DNA of 64,000 nucleotides from Heteronotia binoei (taxonomy: Eukaryota). This document shows positions 1 to 12,322 of this stretch, one piece after another. The stretch's first letter is position 1, and every line of letters starts with the position of its first letter. The position numbers and the translations under genes were made by a program. The notes beneath the pieces were generated by a model. That model did no database searches and was not told where the DNA came from. It saw only the letters and a program-made list of their open reading frames with translations. The DNA is taken from positions 6,944,001-7,008,000 of the forward strand of contig NC_083241.1 in NCBI RefSeq assembly GCF_032191835.1, given 5' to 3'.

Positions 1-474
1 AATATCTGGGGACTTTGGGGGTGGAGCCAGGAGACATTAGGGGTGGAGCCAAGATCAAGGCTGTGACAAGCATAATTGAACTCCGAAGGGAGTTCTGGCC
101 ATCACATTTAAAGGGACAGCACACCTTTTCAATGCCTTCCTTCCATAGGAAATAATGAAGGATAGAAGCACCTTCTTTTGGGGCTCAAAGAATTTCAATC
201 TTTTTGAAACTTGGGGGGTATTTTGGGGAGAGGCACTAGATGCTATTCTGAAAGTTTGGTGCCTCTACCCCAAAAAACAGCCCCCCCCCCCGAGCCCCAG
301 ATACCGGCAGATCAATTCTCCATGATTTTCTACGGGAATATATCTCCATAGGGAATAACAGAATTCCCAACAGACATTTCCCTCCCCTCCCCCCGCTTTC
401 TGACGACCCTGAAGCAGGGGGAGGGTCTCCAAACCGTGGGATCCCCTGCCCCCACCTGGGGATTGGCAACCCTA
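1..474 (+). mobile_element. hAT-type MITE (TAGGGTTGCCA-terminus family), left end cut by window edge
   Basis: Ends in GGGGATTGGCAACCCTA at 474; body matches the complete copy at 9077-9606. Confidence 0.85.
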
Positions 475-521
475 TCCCCTTGGATGGTAGAGTCCCCTGA
501 ATGTGATGGGGTGGGGGGGGG

Positions 522-718
522 CAGTGTTCCCTCTATGCTGACTTAGTGTGAGCTTGCTCACAGGTTTTTTTAGCTTCAAGCTCCCATATTTTTGTCTTAG
601 CTCTGGAAAAATGGCTCCATAGGAAACTGATTTCTGCAGTAGCTCACAAGTTTAAACAGCCTGCAGCTCACAAAGTAGAATTTTTGCTCACAAGACTCTG
701 CAGCTTAGAGGGAGTATG
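522..718 (+). mobile_element. ~190-bp MITE (CAGTGTTCCCTCTA...TTAGAGGG termini)
   Basis: Terminal inverted repeats; same family at ~7519-7710, 28877-29050, 32890-33086, 33120-33312 and 62444-62637. Confidence 0.7.
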
Positions 719-814
719 GGGAGAGGGGTAATTTGTAGTGGGCTCAAAGCTTTTAAATTATCCTCAATATTTGTGATTGGTTTCACAAATAAGGAACTAG
801 GAAATGTGAATAAG

Positions 815-1594
815 CAGGGTTTCCAGATTTCCTCTTTTTAGTGTGTTTCTGTCCTCTTTGGGGCTCTTTTAAAAAAATGATGAAAATGTCTTTTTGGGGG
901 GCTGGGAGGTTAGGAATATTCTCACTTAGTAGCAGTTATAACAGTTTAAACAGTAGGCTGTTAGAGAAATTTAGTTCATTATTAGAATGCTGAAGAAGAA
1001 TCCAAAATCCTCACATAGCTTTGATTATTGAGCATGAGATAGACTGATTATGTTCTTAATTAATTTTCTATGATGTTTTCTGCCCCTTCTCTCCTCCTTC
1101 CTCAAAATCAGTTAATGAACACCCCTGAACTTTTGGCAACCATTTCCATGGTCACAGTATGGTGATTCTCTTATCTCTCTTAGAAGGATTGTTTTGCTTT
1201 TATCCCTTTCCCAGGAATTTGAAATGTTCTATGAACAGGGAGTGGCTTGAATTGTGTCTAAGGAATGGGATTTAGCTACAGAATCCTGCCCTTTTATATT
1301 TTCCTATAAAGAATGAACTCCAGGTCTGTTCAGGATGCTAGTTTGTAGTTGGTGCCAGAATGAATTCATTCTTAAATAAAACTTCTTCCTTTGATAGCAA
1401 AAAGGCCTTGAAGTGAGTTCTTTCTCTCTCCCAGATATATCTCGGGAAAAGAAGGGTTTTCTCCATTAGGTTTAAAGGGAAAATCTCTGAACAGAGGGGT
1501 ATTTAAAATGAGATTTGTCATAATTATCACTTGTTTGAAGTAGTCAGTGAGGAAACATGTTCCTTTTTTTGCTTTTCAAAATATGGTAACCCTA
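815..1594. mobile_element. Older deleted hAT-like DNA transposon
   Basis: Begins CAGGGTTTCCAGA and ends ATATGGTAACCCTA; segments at 830-960 and 1555-1594 align by eye with 63700-63931. Confidence 0.5.
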
Positions 1595-1607
1595 GAATAA
1601 GAAACAA

Positions 1608-1676
1608 GGAGCCCCGTGGCGCAGAGTGGTAAAGCTGAAGTACTGCAGCCGGAGCCCTCAGCTCACGACCTGAGTT
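1608..1676 (+). mobile_element. Sauria SINE (Squam1), 5' part, split by a CR1 insertion
   Basis: GGAGCCCCGTGGCGCAGAGTGGTAAAGCTG... matches the head of the intact copy at 16069 and stops at GACCTGAGTT. Confidence 0.8.
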
Positions 1677-1816
1677 AAGAACGTAAGAACATAAGAGAAG
1701 CCATGTTGGATCAGGCCAATGGCCCATCCAGTCCAACACTCTGTGTCATACAGTGGTCAATATATGTGTGTGTGTGTACACACACACATATATATACATA
1801 CACACACACACTGTGG

Positions 1817-4800
1817 CTAATAGCCACTGATGGACCTCTGCTCCATATTTTTATCCAATCCCCTCTTAAAGCTGGCTATGCTTGTAGTCACCATCACCTC
1901 CTGTGGCAGTGAATTCCACATGTTAATCACCCTTTGGGTGAAGAAGTACTTCCTTTTATCCATTTTAACCTGACTGTTCAGCAATTTCATTGAATGCCCA
2001 CGAGTTCTTGTATTGTGAGAAAGGGAGAAAAGTACATCTTTCTCTACTTTCTCCATCCCATGCATAATCTCGTAAACCTCTATCATGTCACCCCGCAGTC
2101 GACGTTTCTCCAAGCTAAAGAGCCCCAAGCGTTTTAACGTTTCTTCATAGGAAAGTGTTCCAAACCTTTAATCTTTCTAGTTGCCCTTTTCTGGACTTTC
2201 TCCAATGCTGTAATATCCTTTTTGAGGTGCATTGATCAGAACTGTACACAGTATTCCAAATGAGACCGCACTATCGATTTGTACAAGGGCATTATGATAC
2301 TGGCTGATTTGTTTTCAATTCCCTTCCTAATAATTCCCAGCATGGAATTGGCCTTTTTTATTGCAATCACACACTGTCTTGACATTTTCAGTGCGTTATC
2401 TACCACGACCCCAAGATCTTTCTCTTGGTCAGTCTCTGCCAGTTCACAACCCATCAACTTGTATTTGTAGCTGGGATTCTTGGCCCCAATGTGCATTACT
2501 TTGCACTTGGCCACATTGAACCTCGCCTGCCACGTTGACGCCCACTCACCCAGCCTCAACAGATCCCTTTGGAGTGCCTCACAATCCTCGCTGGTTCTCA
2601 CCACCCTGAACAATTTAGTGTCATCTGCAAACTTGGCCATTTCACTGCTTACTCCCAACTCCAGATCATTAATGATCAAGTTAAATAGCATGGGACTCTG
2701 TACTGAGCCCTGCGGCACCCCACTGCTTAACATCCTCCACTGCGAAGACTGCCCATTTATACTCACTCTCTGCTTCCTATTCATTAGCCAGTTTTTGATC
2801 CAAAGGAGGACCTATCCTTTTACTCCATGACTCTCGAGCTTACTAAGGAGCCTTTGATGAGGAACTTTATCAAAAGCTTTCTGGAAGTCAAGGTAAATAA
2901 TATCTATTGGGTCCCCTTTGTCCACATGTTTGTTCACCCCCTCAAAGAAATGTTACAGGTTAGTGCGGCACGATCTTCCCTTACAGAACCCATGCTGAGT
3001 CTTCTTCAATAACTTGTGTTCATCAGTGTGCCTACTCATTGAACATATGAAGCTGCCTTCTACTGAATCAAACCCTCAGTCCACCGAAGTCAGTATGGTC
3101 TACTAAGACTGGCAGCGGCACTCCAGGGTCTCAAGCTGAGGTTTTTCACGCCAACTTGCCTGGACCCTTTTTAGTTGGAGATGTTGGGGATTGAACCTGG
3201 GACCTTCTGCTTACCAAGCAGATGCTCTACCACTGAGCCACTATCCCTCCCCATTCTGTCCTTGATAATGCTTTTTACCAACTTTCCCAGTATTGAAGTC
3301 AGACTGACTGGCCTGTAATTTCCCGGATCTCCTCTGGACATTTGCTACCTTCCAGTCCTCAGGAACGGAGGCAGATTTCAATGAAAGATTACATGTTTTT
3401 GTCAGGAGATCCACAAGTTCAACTTTGAGTTCTTTCAGAACTCTTGGATATATTCCATCCGGACCTGGTGACTTATTAGTTTTTAATTCATCAATCAGTT
3501 GTAGGACCTCCTCTCTTGTCACCTCAATTTGACTCAGGTCTTTCAACACCCCTTCCAAAATTAGTGGTTCTGGAGCGGGCAAACACTTCTCATCTTCCAC
3601 GGTGAAGACTGAGGCAAAAAAATGCATTCAGCTTCTCAGCCATTTCCCTATCCTCCTTCAGTAATCCTTTTACCCCATGGTCATCCAAGGGCCCCACTGC
3701 CTCCCTGGCTGGTTTCCTGCTTCTAATATATTTGAAGAAATTTTTATTGTTGGTCTTTATGTTTTTTCAATATTCTCCTCATAGTCCCTTTTTGTCTGCC
3801 TGATCTCAGTCTTGCATTTGATTTGCCACAGCCTGTGTTCCCTTTTATTAATCTCACTTGGACTAGCTTTCCACCACTTAAAGGAGTCCTTCTTACCTTT
3901 TACAGCTTCCATTACTTTGTTTGTTAACCATGCAGGCCTTTTCTTGTACCTGTTTGTGCCTTTCCTAACTTGTAGTATATATATTTTATCTGAGCTTCTA
4001 GGATTGTAGTTTTAAATAGCCTCCAAGCTTCCCCAAGGGTTTTGACTGTTTTTACCTTTCCTTTCAGTTTCCTCTTCACATGCCTCCTCATCTCAGAGAA
4101 TGTACCCCTTTTAAAGTTAAACGTGGTTGTGCTGGTCTTTTGGGGCAACTCCCTATCTATACAAATGGTGAAATCAATAACGTTATGGTCACTGCTCCCA
4201 AGCGGTGCGATCACTTTTAGATCTCTCACCAAGTCTTGGGCATTTCTTAGGACCAAATCCAGGATCGCCCCACCCCTGGTAGGTTCTGTGACCATCTGCT
4301 CCATAGCACAGTCATTGAGAGCATCTAGAAACTCAATCTCTTTCTCTCGACCTGAACACATATTGACCCAATCAATCTGCGGGTAGTTAAAATCACCTAT
4401 GACGACACAGTTTTTACGTTTAGCCACTATCTTTAATCCTTCCATCATATTATAATCTTCCTCTATCTTTTGATTTGGTGGGGGATAACAAACTCCCATA
4501 GTTAAATTTCCTTTTGGGCCCTCTGTTTCGTCCCAAAGCATTTCTAGAAGGGAATCTAATTCTCTGACCTCAGTCTTACTGGACTGTATACCCTCTCTGA
4601 CATACAGAGCCGCCCCACCTCCAACCCTTCCCTCCCTATCCTTCCGATATAACTTATATCCAGGAATCACCGTGTCCCACTGATTCTCCTCATTCCACCA
4701 AGTTTCTGAAATTCCCACAATGTTTATGTTTTCCCCCAACACTAAACATTCCAACTCACCAATTTTACTTCGAACACTTCTAGTATTTGTATACGAACAT

Positions 4801-4976
4801 CTATAATTTCCCAGGCAAGTTAGGCCCGCAACCTTCCTCCTGCCGCCTCGAGATTTTGGCAGACACTCCATACTGTTTGTCACCATCTCAGTGGACAACT
4901 CTGATCCATTACCCAGTAGAAAAGTAACAGCTAACCCTTCATCTCTTCGAGATGAGTCCTCGCGAACCAGAGACAT
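1817..4976 (-). pseudogene. CR1 ORF2 (APE endonuclease + reverse transcriptase), frameshifted
   Basis: Endonuclease motifs YTNTRS, GISETWW, GDFNYP, LDLVL, SDH (3924-4976); KSPGPDGIYPRVLKE (3241-3627); GVPQGS, FADDTK (2236-2784); LEKRRLRGDMI, WNSLP (1817-2128). Confidence 0.95.
3041..3251 (-). mobile_element. tRNA-derived SINE (Squam2-like) inserted in CR1 ORF2
   Basis: Minus strand has A box (TGGCTCAGTGG) and B box (GGTTCAATCCC), ~210 bp long, tail GGCAGCTTCATATGTTC; CATT duplicated at both flanks. Confidence 0.75.
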
Positions 4977-5160
4977 TTCATCTCCTGTTGGTTTTCCCCC
5001 AAGATTTAGTTAAAAACTGCTCTGCCACCTTTTTGATTTTAAGCGCCAGCAGCTTGGTTCCATCTCGGGACAAGTGGAGACCGTCTCTTTTGTACAGCTC
5101 CTGCTTGTTCCAGAAAGCATCCCAGTGCCTAACAAACTTAAACCCTTCCTCCCTACACCA

Positions 5161-5790
5161 TCATCTCACCCACACATTGAGACTTCTAATTTGTGCCTGT
5201 CTCTCCAGCCCTGCACGTGGAACAGGTAGCACTTCTGAGAAGGCCACCTTGGAGGTCCTGGCCTTAAGTCTCCCACCTAGCAGCCTAAATTTTTCCTCCA
5301 GGACCTCACAACTGCATTTCCCCACATCGTTGGTGCCAACATGCACCACGACCACTGGCTCCTCCCCAGCACTGTCTATCAGCCTATCTACAACACGCAT
5401 AATGTCCGCTACCTTCACACCAGGCAGGCAAGTCACCATACGGTCAGTACGCGGTTTTGCTGTCTACTTGCCTAAGGATTGAATCACCAACTACCAAGAC
5501 CCCCCCTCTCTCCCTGCCCAGGGATGGTTCCTTGGCGTGAAAGGATACCCGCTCAGCAACTGAAGAAGAAGTCCCTTCTGAGGGCGCATTCCCCTTATCC
5601 TCAGCCCGGTGCCCTCTCGACCCTCATGCTCCCTGGCAGCAACGGGGCTGCCATGTTCAGAGTGGGGCTCATCTAATACGTCCCTGAGAGTCTTCTCCGA
5701 GTGCCTAACGGACCGTCTCTGTTTCTCCAGGTCAGTCACCTCGGCCTCAAGGGTACGAACTCGTTCCCTGAGTACCAGGAGCTCCTTGCA
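5161..5790 (-). pseudogene. CR1 ORF1 remnant (SGNH/GDSL esterase-type)
   Basis: CLPGVKVADI...VVVHVGTNDVGK...KVAFSEVLPVPR (5161-5439), typical of the CR1 ORF1 esterase; coiled-coil-like piece at 5491-5790. Confidence 0.85.
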
Positions 5791-5792
5791 TC

Positions 5793-6024
5793 GAGTTTGA
5801 TCCTGGCGGAAGCTGGGTTTAGGTAGCCGACTCCAGGCTGACTCAGCCTTCCATCCTTCTGAGGTTGGTAAAAGGAGTCCCTAGCTTGCTGGGGGTAAAG
5901 TGGAGATGACTGGAAAAGGCAATGGCAAACCACCCTGTAAAAAGTCTGCCGTGAAAAACGTCATGATGTGACATCACCCCATAGGTCAGTAATGACTCGG
6001 TCCTTGCACAAGGGACTACCTTTT
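5793..6024 (+). mobile_element. Sauria SINE, 3' part (continuation of 1608-1676)
   Basis: Resumes GAGTTTGATCCTGGCGGAAGCTGGG exactly where the 5' part stops; ends GGGACTACCTTTT. Confidence 0.8.
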
Positions 6025-6900
6025 TAGAATAAGAAATGAGGAACCAACTTCATTTTCATTGCTGAGAGATTTCTTGGAAACTATGTCGCTAGCTTTGGGC
6101 TGGGAAATTTCTAGAGGGTTATGGGAGTGGGAATTAGAGAGTGTGGGGTTTGTGGAGGGAAGGGACCTCAGGGTCCCTTTAATGCCACAGAGTCCACCTT
6201 CCAAAGCAGTAGTTTTTTCCCAGGCGAACGGATCTCTGTCAGCAGGAGATCAATTGTAATACCAGAAGATCCCCAGGTCCCACCTGGAGGCTGTGGCAAC
6301 CCAAAGAGAGTAACGTGATATGAAGCACAGGTATACAACCCAAGGCATCCACGTTAAAAGAAATCTCAATAATTTAAACGATTTATATAATGAAAAATTA
6401 CTTATAGTCCAAACACGTCTATAAAGAACATCCATAAAGTACAAGTAGAAACGACTCCCATATACAGCTCAAATACTCATAGCTGATAGTTCATTCTTTA
6501 AGTTTCAAAATCTGGGATGTGGTATAATGAGCCGTAGAGCAGAACAGAGTCCAATGCTCCAAATTCTTTTCTAGCCAGAGGAAAAGATGGAAGCAGCAAG
6601 GCAAAAGTACGCGACACGGATGCGCTAAATCCCTGTTTCACAAGGGGCTTCTACGAGCTTCAGACAACAATTAACAATTCATAATGGAGACCATTCTGCA
6701 GACAAGAAACGGCAGAGATCTCCAGACCCCACCTGGAGGCTGGCAACCCCATCTCCCTTCTGCCCTTCACTTGGTTTGCAGCCTTCCATGAACTTTTAAA
6801 GTGTTTTTACAAACCATTTCTATTGCTTGCAACGCAATTGTAAAAGCCCCCTTCTTAAAACACCTGTTTGGTTTTTCAAAGGGTCAGTGGTCAGTCACAC

Positions 6901-7387
6901 AGAAGAAGAAGATTTTGGATTTATATCCCACCCTCCACTCCGAAGAGTCTCAGAGCGGCTCACAATCTCCTTTCCCTTCCTCCCCCACAACAGACACCCT
7001 GTGAGGTAGATGAAGATATTGGATTTATATCCCTCCCTCCACTCCGAAGAGTCTCAGAGCGGCTCACAATCTCCTTTCCCTTCCTCCCCCACAACAGACA
7101 CCCTGTGAGGGAGATGAAGATATTGGATTTATATCCCGCCCTCCACTCCGAAGAGTCTCAGAGCAGCTCACAATCTCCTTTCCCTTCCTCCCCCACAACA
7201 GACACCCTGTGAGGTGGGTGGGGCTGGAGAGGGCTCTCACAGCAGCTGCCCTTTCAAGGACAACCTCTGCCAGAGCTATGGCTGACCCAAGGCCATTCCA
7301 GCAGCTGCAAGTGGAGGAGTGGGGAATCAAACCCGGTTCTCCCAGATAAGAGTCCACACACTTAACCACTACACCAAACCGGCTCTC
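6901..7387 (-). mobile_element. MIR-derived tRNA SINE (Squam3-like) with triplicated 104-bp tail
   Basis: tRNA-like head at 7320-7387, CORE-like ACCTCACAGGGTGTCTGTTGTG, three tandem tail units at 6903-7215. Confidence 0.8.
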
Positions 7388-8305
7388 CACACCAAACCGG
7401 CACAGGTGATAATCAGACAGGCACACAGATCCCCTGGCTGATGGTCACCCGGGGTCATGTGCAAAAGTGTTCTGCTGCAAATCCAAACCAACTCATGGCT
7501 GTTTTGACTTCTCCTGGTCAGGGTTCCCTCTAGGCTGAGTTAGTTTGAGCTCGCTCCGTTTTTTAGCTTGTGGCTCACACATTTTTGTCTCAGCTCAGGA
7601 AAAGTGGCCCCGGAGCAAACCAATGTATGCAGGAGCTCACAACGTTAATGCCAGTAGCTCAGGAGGTAGAATTTTTGCTCACAAGACTCCACTGTGTAGA
7701 GGGACTATTGCTCCTGGTTCCAGTTTATTAAACAATAAATCATGCGCAGTAAGAGTTAAATTAGTCTTTTACACATAGTTCTTTAAAAAAAAACACCTAA
7801 ATATATAGATATATTTAACAGTTCCCTCTGCAGTGATAAATCCAGACAGTGTGAGAGACATACACACAGGATGTCTCTTTTTCTGCACAAAACTGGTGGC
7901 GACAGAGATTACAGTGGTTAGAAAAGGGCGTTTGAGCATGAAGGGGGGGGAGGGGAGGAGGCAGCTGTAAATTTCCACCCTCTTGCCAACGTGGCAGGGA
8001 TTGTTTGCAAGGCATGCTGCAGTGCATGATGGGAGAGGCCCGGGCTGAGATCCTTTTCACTGTTGCCTGGCAACCACTCTTGGTATGCAGGAAGAAGGCC
8101 ACCTTTTTTCTGGGAGGGCCTTTTGCCCCACCTCCCTCGCTCAGATGTGGATTCTCTTGTGTGAGCCAAGCCAAGGCCAGTGAATCTCACTGCTAAAAAA
8201 AACCCCACCTCTCTGGCTGTGTTAACACCCTCCGTCTTGCAAAAACCCAGCCAGCAGCGAGCATTACTCTGATTCCCCTAGTCTCTTCTTAAGCAGCTAT
8301 TACAG

Positions 8306-8785
8306 CAGCGGTCCCCAACCTTTTTGGGACCAGTTTTGTGGAAGACAAATTTTCCACAGACCGGGGTGGGGAGCATAATGGTTTCACGATGATGCAATTG
8401 TGCACTTTATTTCTAAAGTGTTTGGTGTGGTGGTTAAGTGTGCAGACTCTTATCTGGATTCCCCACTCCTCCACTGATGGCCTTAGGTCAGTCATAGCTC
8501 TTGCAGAACTGTCCTTGAAAGGGCAGCTTCTGTGGGGAGCTCTCTCAGCCCCGCCCACCTCACAGGGTGTCTGTTATGGGGGAGGAAGGTAAAAGAGATC
8601 GTGAGCCCCTCTGAGACTCTGAGATTCGGAGTGGAGGGCAGGATATAAATCTAATGTCTCCTTATTATTCTTATACTACATTGTAATATTTAAAGAAATA
8701 ATTGTACAACTCATGGGCCGGTTGCTAACGGGCCACGGACCGGTATCGGTCCAAGGACTGGGGGTTGGGGGAATTAGGGGGACCC
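8306..8785 (+). mobile_element. hAT-Charlie MITE resembling MER1/Charlie3, interrupted by a Squam3-like SINE fragment (~8420-8660)
   Basis: CAGCGGTCCCCAACCTTTTT...TTTTGTGGAAGACAAATTTTCCAC and CCACGGACCGGTATCGGTCC...GGGGTTGGGG resemble recalled MER1 termini. Confidence 0.6.
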
Positions 8786-9076
8786 AAAGTTCTATAAGAA
8801 TCCTCTCCTTTTCTGGGCGCAGGCTGCAGAAGGGAATGAAGCTAGGTGCTCAGGTTGCCAGGCTCCGTGGCTGGAGATCTCCTGGAATTGCAACTGATTC
8901 CCCTGAGTACGTGCATTGCTTATTTATTATGTATTTATTGAAAACAGATGTTCCACATCTCCTGAAGGAAATAGCCGCTTTGGAAGGTGGACTGCATACC
9001 ATTATACCCTCCCAAATCCCTAGGGTTGCCAGCCTCCAGATGGGGCCTGGAGATCTGCTTTTGCAGCTGATCTCCG

Positions 9077-9606
9077 TAGGGTTGCCAAGTCCAATTCAAG
9101 AAATATCTGGGGACTTTGGGGGTGGAGCCAGAAGACTTTGGGGGTGGAGCCAGGAGACATTAGGGGTGGAGCCAAGATCAAGGCTGTGACAAGCATAATT
9201 GAACTCCAAAGGGAGTTCTGGCCATGACATTTAAAGGGACGGCACACCTTTTCAATGCTTTCCTTCCATAGGAAATAATGAAGGATAGGGGCACCTTCTT
9301 TTGGGGCTCATAGAATTGGACCCCCTGGACTAATCGTTTTGAAACTTGGGGGATATTTTGAGGAGAGGCACTAGATGCTGTACTGAAAATTCGGTGCCTC
9401 TACCTCAAAAAACAGCCCCCCCAGAGCCCCAGATACCCGCAGGTCAATTCTCCATTATTTTCTATGGGAATAAATCTCTATAGGGAACAATAGAGTACCC
9501 AGCAGATATTTCCCTCCCCTCCCCCCGCTTTCTGATGACCCTGAAGCGGGGGCAGGGTCCCCAAACCGGGGGATCCCCTGCCCCCACCTGGGGATTGGCA
9601 ACCCTA
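9077..9606 (+). mobile_element. Complete 530-bp hAT MITE with 8-bp TSD GATCTCCG, nested in a shorter TAGGGTTGCCAGCC element
   Basis: TIR TAGGGTTGCCAA / TTGGCAACCCTA; GATCTCCG at 9069-9076 and 9607-9614. Confidence 0.95.
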
Positions 9607-9671
9607 GATCTCCGGCTGGCAGAGATCTGCTCCCCTGGAAAAAATGGCTGCTTGGAAGGGTGAACTCTAGG

Positions 9672-10283
9672 CAGGGGTGTCAAACATGTGGCCGAGGGGC
9701 CAAATCAGGCCCCCAGAGGACTCCTATCAGGCCCCCAAGCAACTGGCTCTTGTCTGCTTCCTTCTCCCTCTCTCTTGCTTCCTTCTGCATCACAGCTTGC
9801 TTTGCCAGGCTTGCTCAATTGCACAGGAGCTACAGAGCAAAACCTCTATTTTCTCCATTGCCTGAGGCTTCTTCCTTGGGGAGGAAGGGTGGGGGGGGGA
9901 GGGACAGCTTGCTTCGCCAAGCTCTCTCAATCGCACAGCAGAGCTACTGAGCCAAGCCTCTCTTCCTTCTACTGGCTGAGGCTCCTCCATCTCCTGGTCC
10001 CCTGGGAAAGGAAGGAAAGAGCCAAGCCTTTATCCAGCTCCCTGGATCCCATGGGAGAGATACAAAGAAAGCTCCTTTCAGACCAATGAGTGCTAATGTT
10101 TTAAGCATGTTTTAGTTTAAGTTTTTTTAAAAAAAAAATCTTTGTGTTTGTATCCTTTATAAAGTTTATATCTCTCCTACCTAATCTTAAATAGGAACAC
10201 AGACGGCCCAGCCTGACATTGCCCAGCCCAGCAAGGTCTCATTTATGTCAAATCCGGCCCTTAACAAAGGAGTTTGCACCCTG
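9672..10283 (+). mobile_element. hAT-Charlie-type MITE (CAGGGGTGTCAAAC termini)
   Basis: Same family in opposite orientation at 29420-29928 and 48916-49484; TCTAGG-like target at both flanks. Confidence 0.8.
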
Positions 10284-10344
10284 TTCTAGGGCATTGCACC
10301 ATACTGAGGCCCCTCCCCTCCCCAAACTCCGCCCTCTCCCAGCT

Positions 10345-10813
10345 CCACCGGTTTGAAGGCCTTTCCCCCACTTCAGGGTCATCAGAAAGCAGGGGGGGGG
10401 GAATGTCTGCTGAGTATTCCATTATTCCCTATGGAGAATGATTCCCTTAGGGTATAATGAAGAATTGATCTGCGGGCATCTGGGGCTCTTGGGGGGGGCG
10501 GGCTTTTATTTGAGGTAGAGGCACCAAATTTTTAGCATAGCATCCAGTGCTTCTCCTCAAAACACCCCCCAAGTTTCAAAAAGGTTAGGCCAGGGGGTCC
10601 AGTTCTATGAGCCCCCAAAGAATGTGCCCCTATCCATCATTATTTCCAATGGAAGGCATTTAAAAGGTGTGTGGTCCCTTTAAACGTGATGGCCAGAACT
10701 CCCTTTGGAGTTCAATGATGCTTCTCACACTCTTGCTCCTGGCTCCACCCCCAGTGTCTCCTGGCTCCACCCCCAAAGTCCCCAAATATTTCTTGAACTG
10801 GACTTGGCAACCC
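10345..10813 (-). mobile_element. hAT MITE (TAGGGTTGCCA family), partial
   Basis: Reverse complement of most of 9077-9606, ending GACTTGGCAACCC. Confidence 0.8.
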
Positions 10814-11096
10814 GAACTCCACCCCCAAAATCTCCAGGTATTTTCCAGCGCAGACCTGGCAGCCCGACAAGGTCCCTGCCCTCCCTAAACCTCACCTCAG
10901 ACTCCACCCTCAAATCTCCAGCTATTTCCAAACCAGGAGTTGGTAAGCCTATGCATGGCCATTTTAGTGATCTGAAGGACAGTTTTCTGATATTAAACCT
11001 CACTGAATAATGTGGGAATGACTTCTGAGTAGGCTTGTTCCCATAAGGGTAGCCAGATCTGGAGTGGGAAATTCATGGAGCTTAGTGGGCGGAACC

Positions 11097-11977
11097 TAGG
11101 GTTGCCAAGTCCAATTCAAGAAATATCTGGGGACTTGGGGGGTGGAGCCAGGAGACACTGGGGGTGGAGCCAGGAGCCTAGGGTTGCCAAGTCCAATTCA
11201 AGAAATATCTGGGGACTCTGGGGGTGGAGCCAGGAGACATTAGGGGTGGAGCCAGGAGCAAGGGTATGACAAGCATAATTACACTCCAAAGGGAGTTCTG
11301 GCCATCGCATTTAAATGAACATCTATTAAATGCCTTCCCTCCATTGGAAATAATGGATAGGGGCAGCTTCTTTGGGGCCTCATAGAATTGGACCCTCTGG
11401 TCCAATCTTTATGAAACATGGATGACATTTTGGGGAGAGGCAATGGATGCGATGCTGAAAGTCTGGTGCCTCTGTCTCAAAAAACAGCCCCCCCCCCCAG
11501 GCCCCAGATACCCGTGGATCAATTCTCCATTATTCCCTATGGGAATTGGTCTTCTTAGGGAATAATGGAGTGCCCAGCAGACATTTCCCTCCCTCCTCCC
11601 CCTGCATTCTGATGACCCTGAAGAGAATTTATCCACAGGTATCTGGGGCTCTGGGGGGCCCTGTTTTTTGAGGTAGAGGCACCAAGTTTTCTGTATAGTA
11701 TCTAGTGGCTCTCCCCAAAATACCCCCCAAGTTTCAAAAAGATTGGACTAGGGGGTCCAATTCTATGAGCCCCCAAAGAAGGTGCCCCTATCCTTCATTA
11801 TTTCCTATGGAAGGAAGGCATTTAAAAGATGTGCAATCCCTTGAAATGTGGTGGCCAGAACTCCCTTTGGAGTTCAATTATGCTTGTCATACCCTTGCTC
11901 CTGGCTCCACCCCTAATGTCTCCTGGCTCCACCCCCAAAGTCCCCAGATATTTCTTGAATTGGACTTGGCAACCCTA
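11097..11977. mobile_element. Tail-to-tail inverted pair of hAT MITE left halves with an 82-bp end duplication
   Basis: TAGGGTTGCCAAGTCC at 11097 and 11179 (+), and the same end reversed at 11960-11977; no matching TSD found. Confidence 0.75.
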
Positions 11978-12322
11978 GGCTAGTGGCAGGGCTGGGCCTG
12001 GGTCTATTCAGTTCTCCTGGCTGGATCCAAGCCATGCAATCCCCAACAGAGCAGCTGACACCACTGTTCCGGTTCTCTTCTCCGGTTTCTGCAGAGAGGG
12101 AGTGAAAATAAGAATCTTTCTTCTCCTGCAGCACAGATAATTGGTGCCTTTCATGAGGCTGCGAGGGCTGGAGTTTGGTTTCAGCTCAGCCGAAAGTTTG
12201 CCACGCAGTCCTCTCAACAGGTCACGGATTTGGTGTCCATACCTGTAACATGAGGAATGAAGATAGTACCAATAGCGGGACCTTTTCTAACACAAACTGC
12301 ATAGTAAGTTGGGAGTCTGTGG

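Larger units (their letters stand above)
1677..5792 (-). mobile_element. CR1 LINE, ~4.1 kb, 5'-truncated and degenerate
   Basis: Minus-strand ORF1 esterase, APE endonuclease and RT fragments in the expected order; 3' tail ...ATGGCTTCTCTTATGTTCTT (reverse complement) at 1677-1760; GAGTT present at both junctions. Confidence 0.95.

Noticed and set aside
3160-3251. tRNA-like sequences here and at 7320-7387, 16069-16150, 24723-24800 and 59769-59840
   Set aside because: These are SINE heads with A and B boxes that continue into SINE bodies; none forms a complete cloverleaf.
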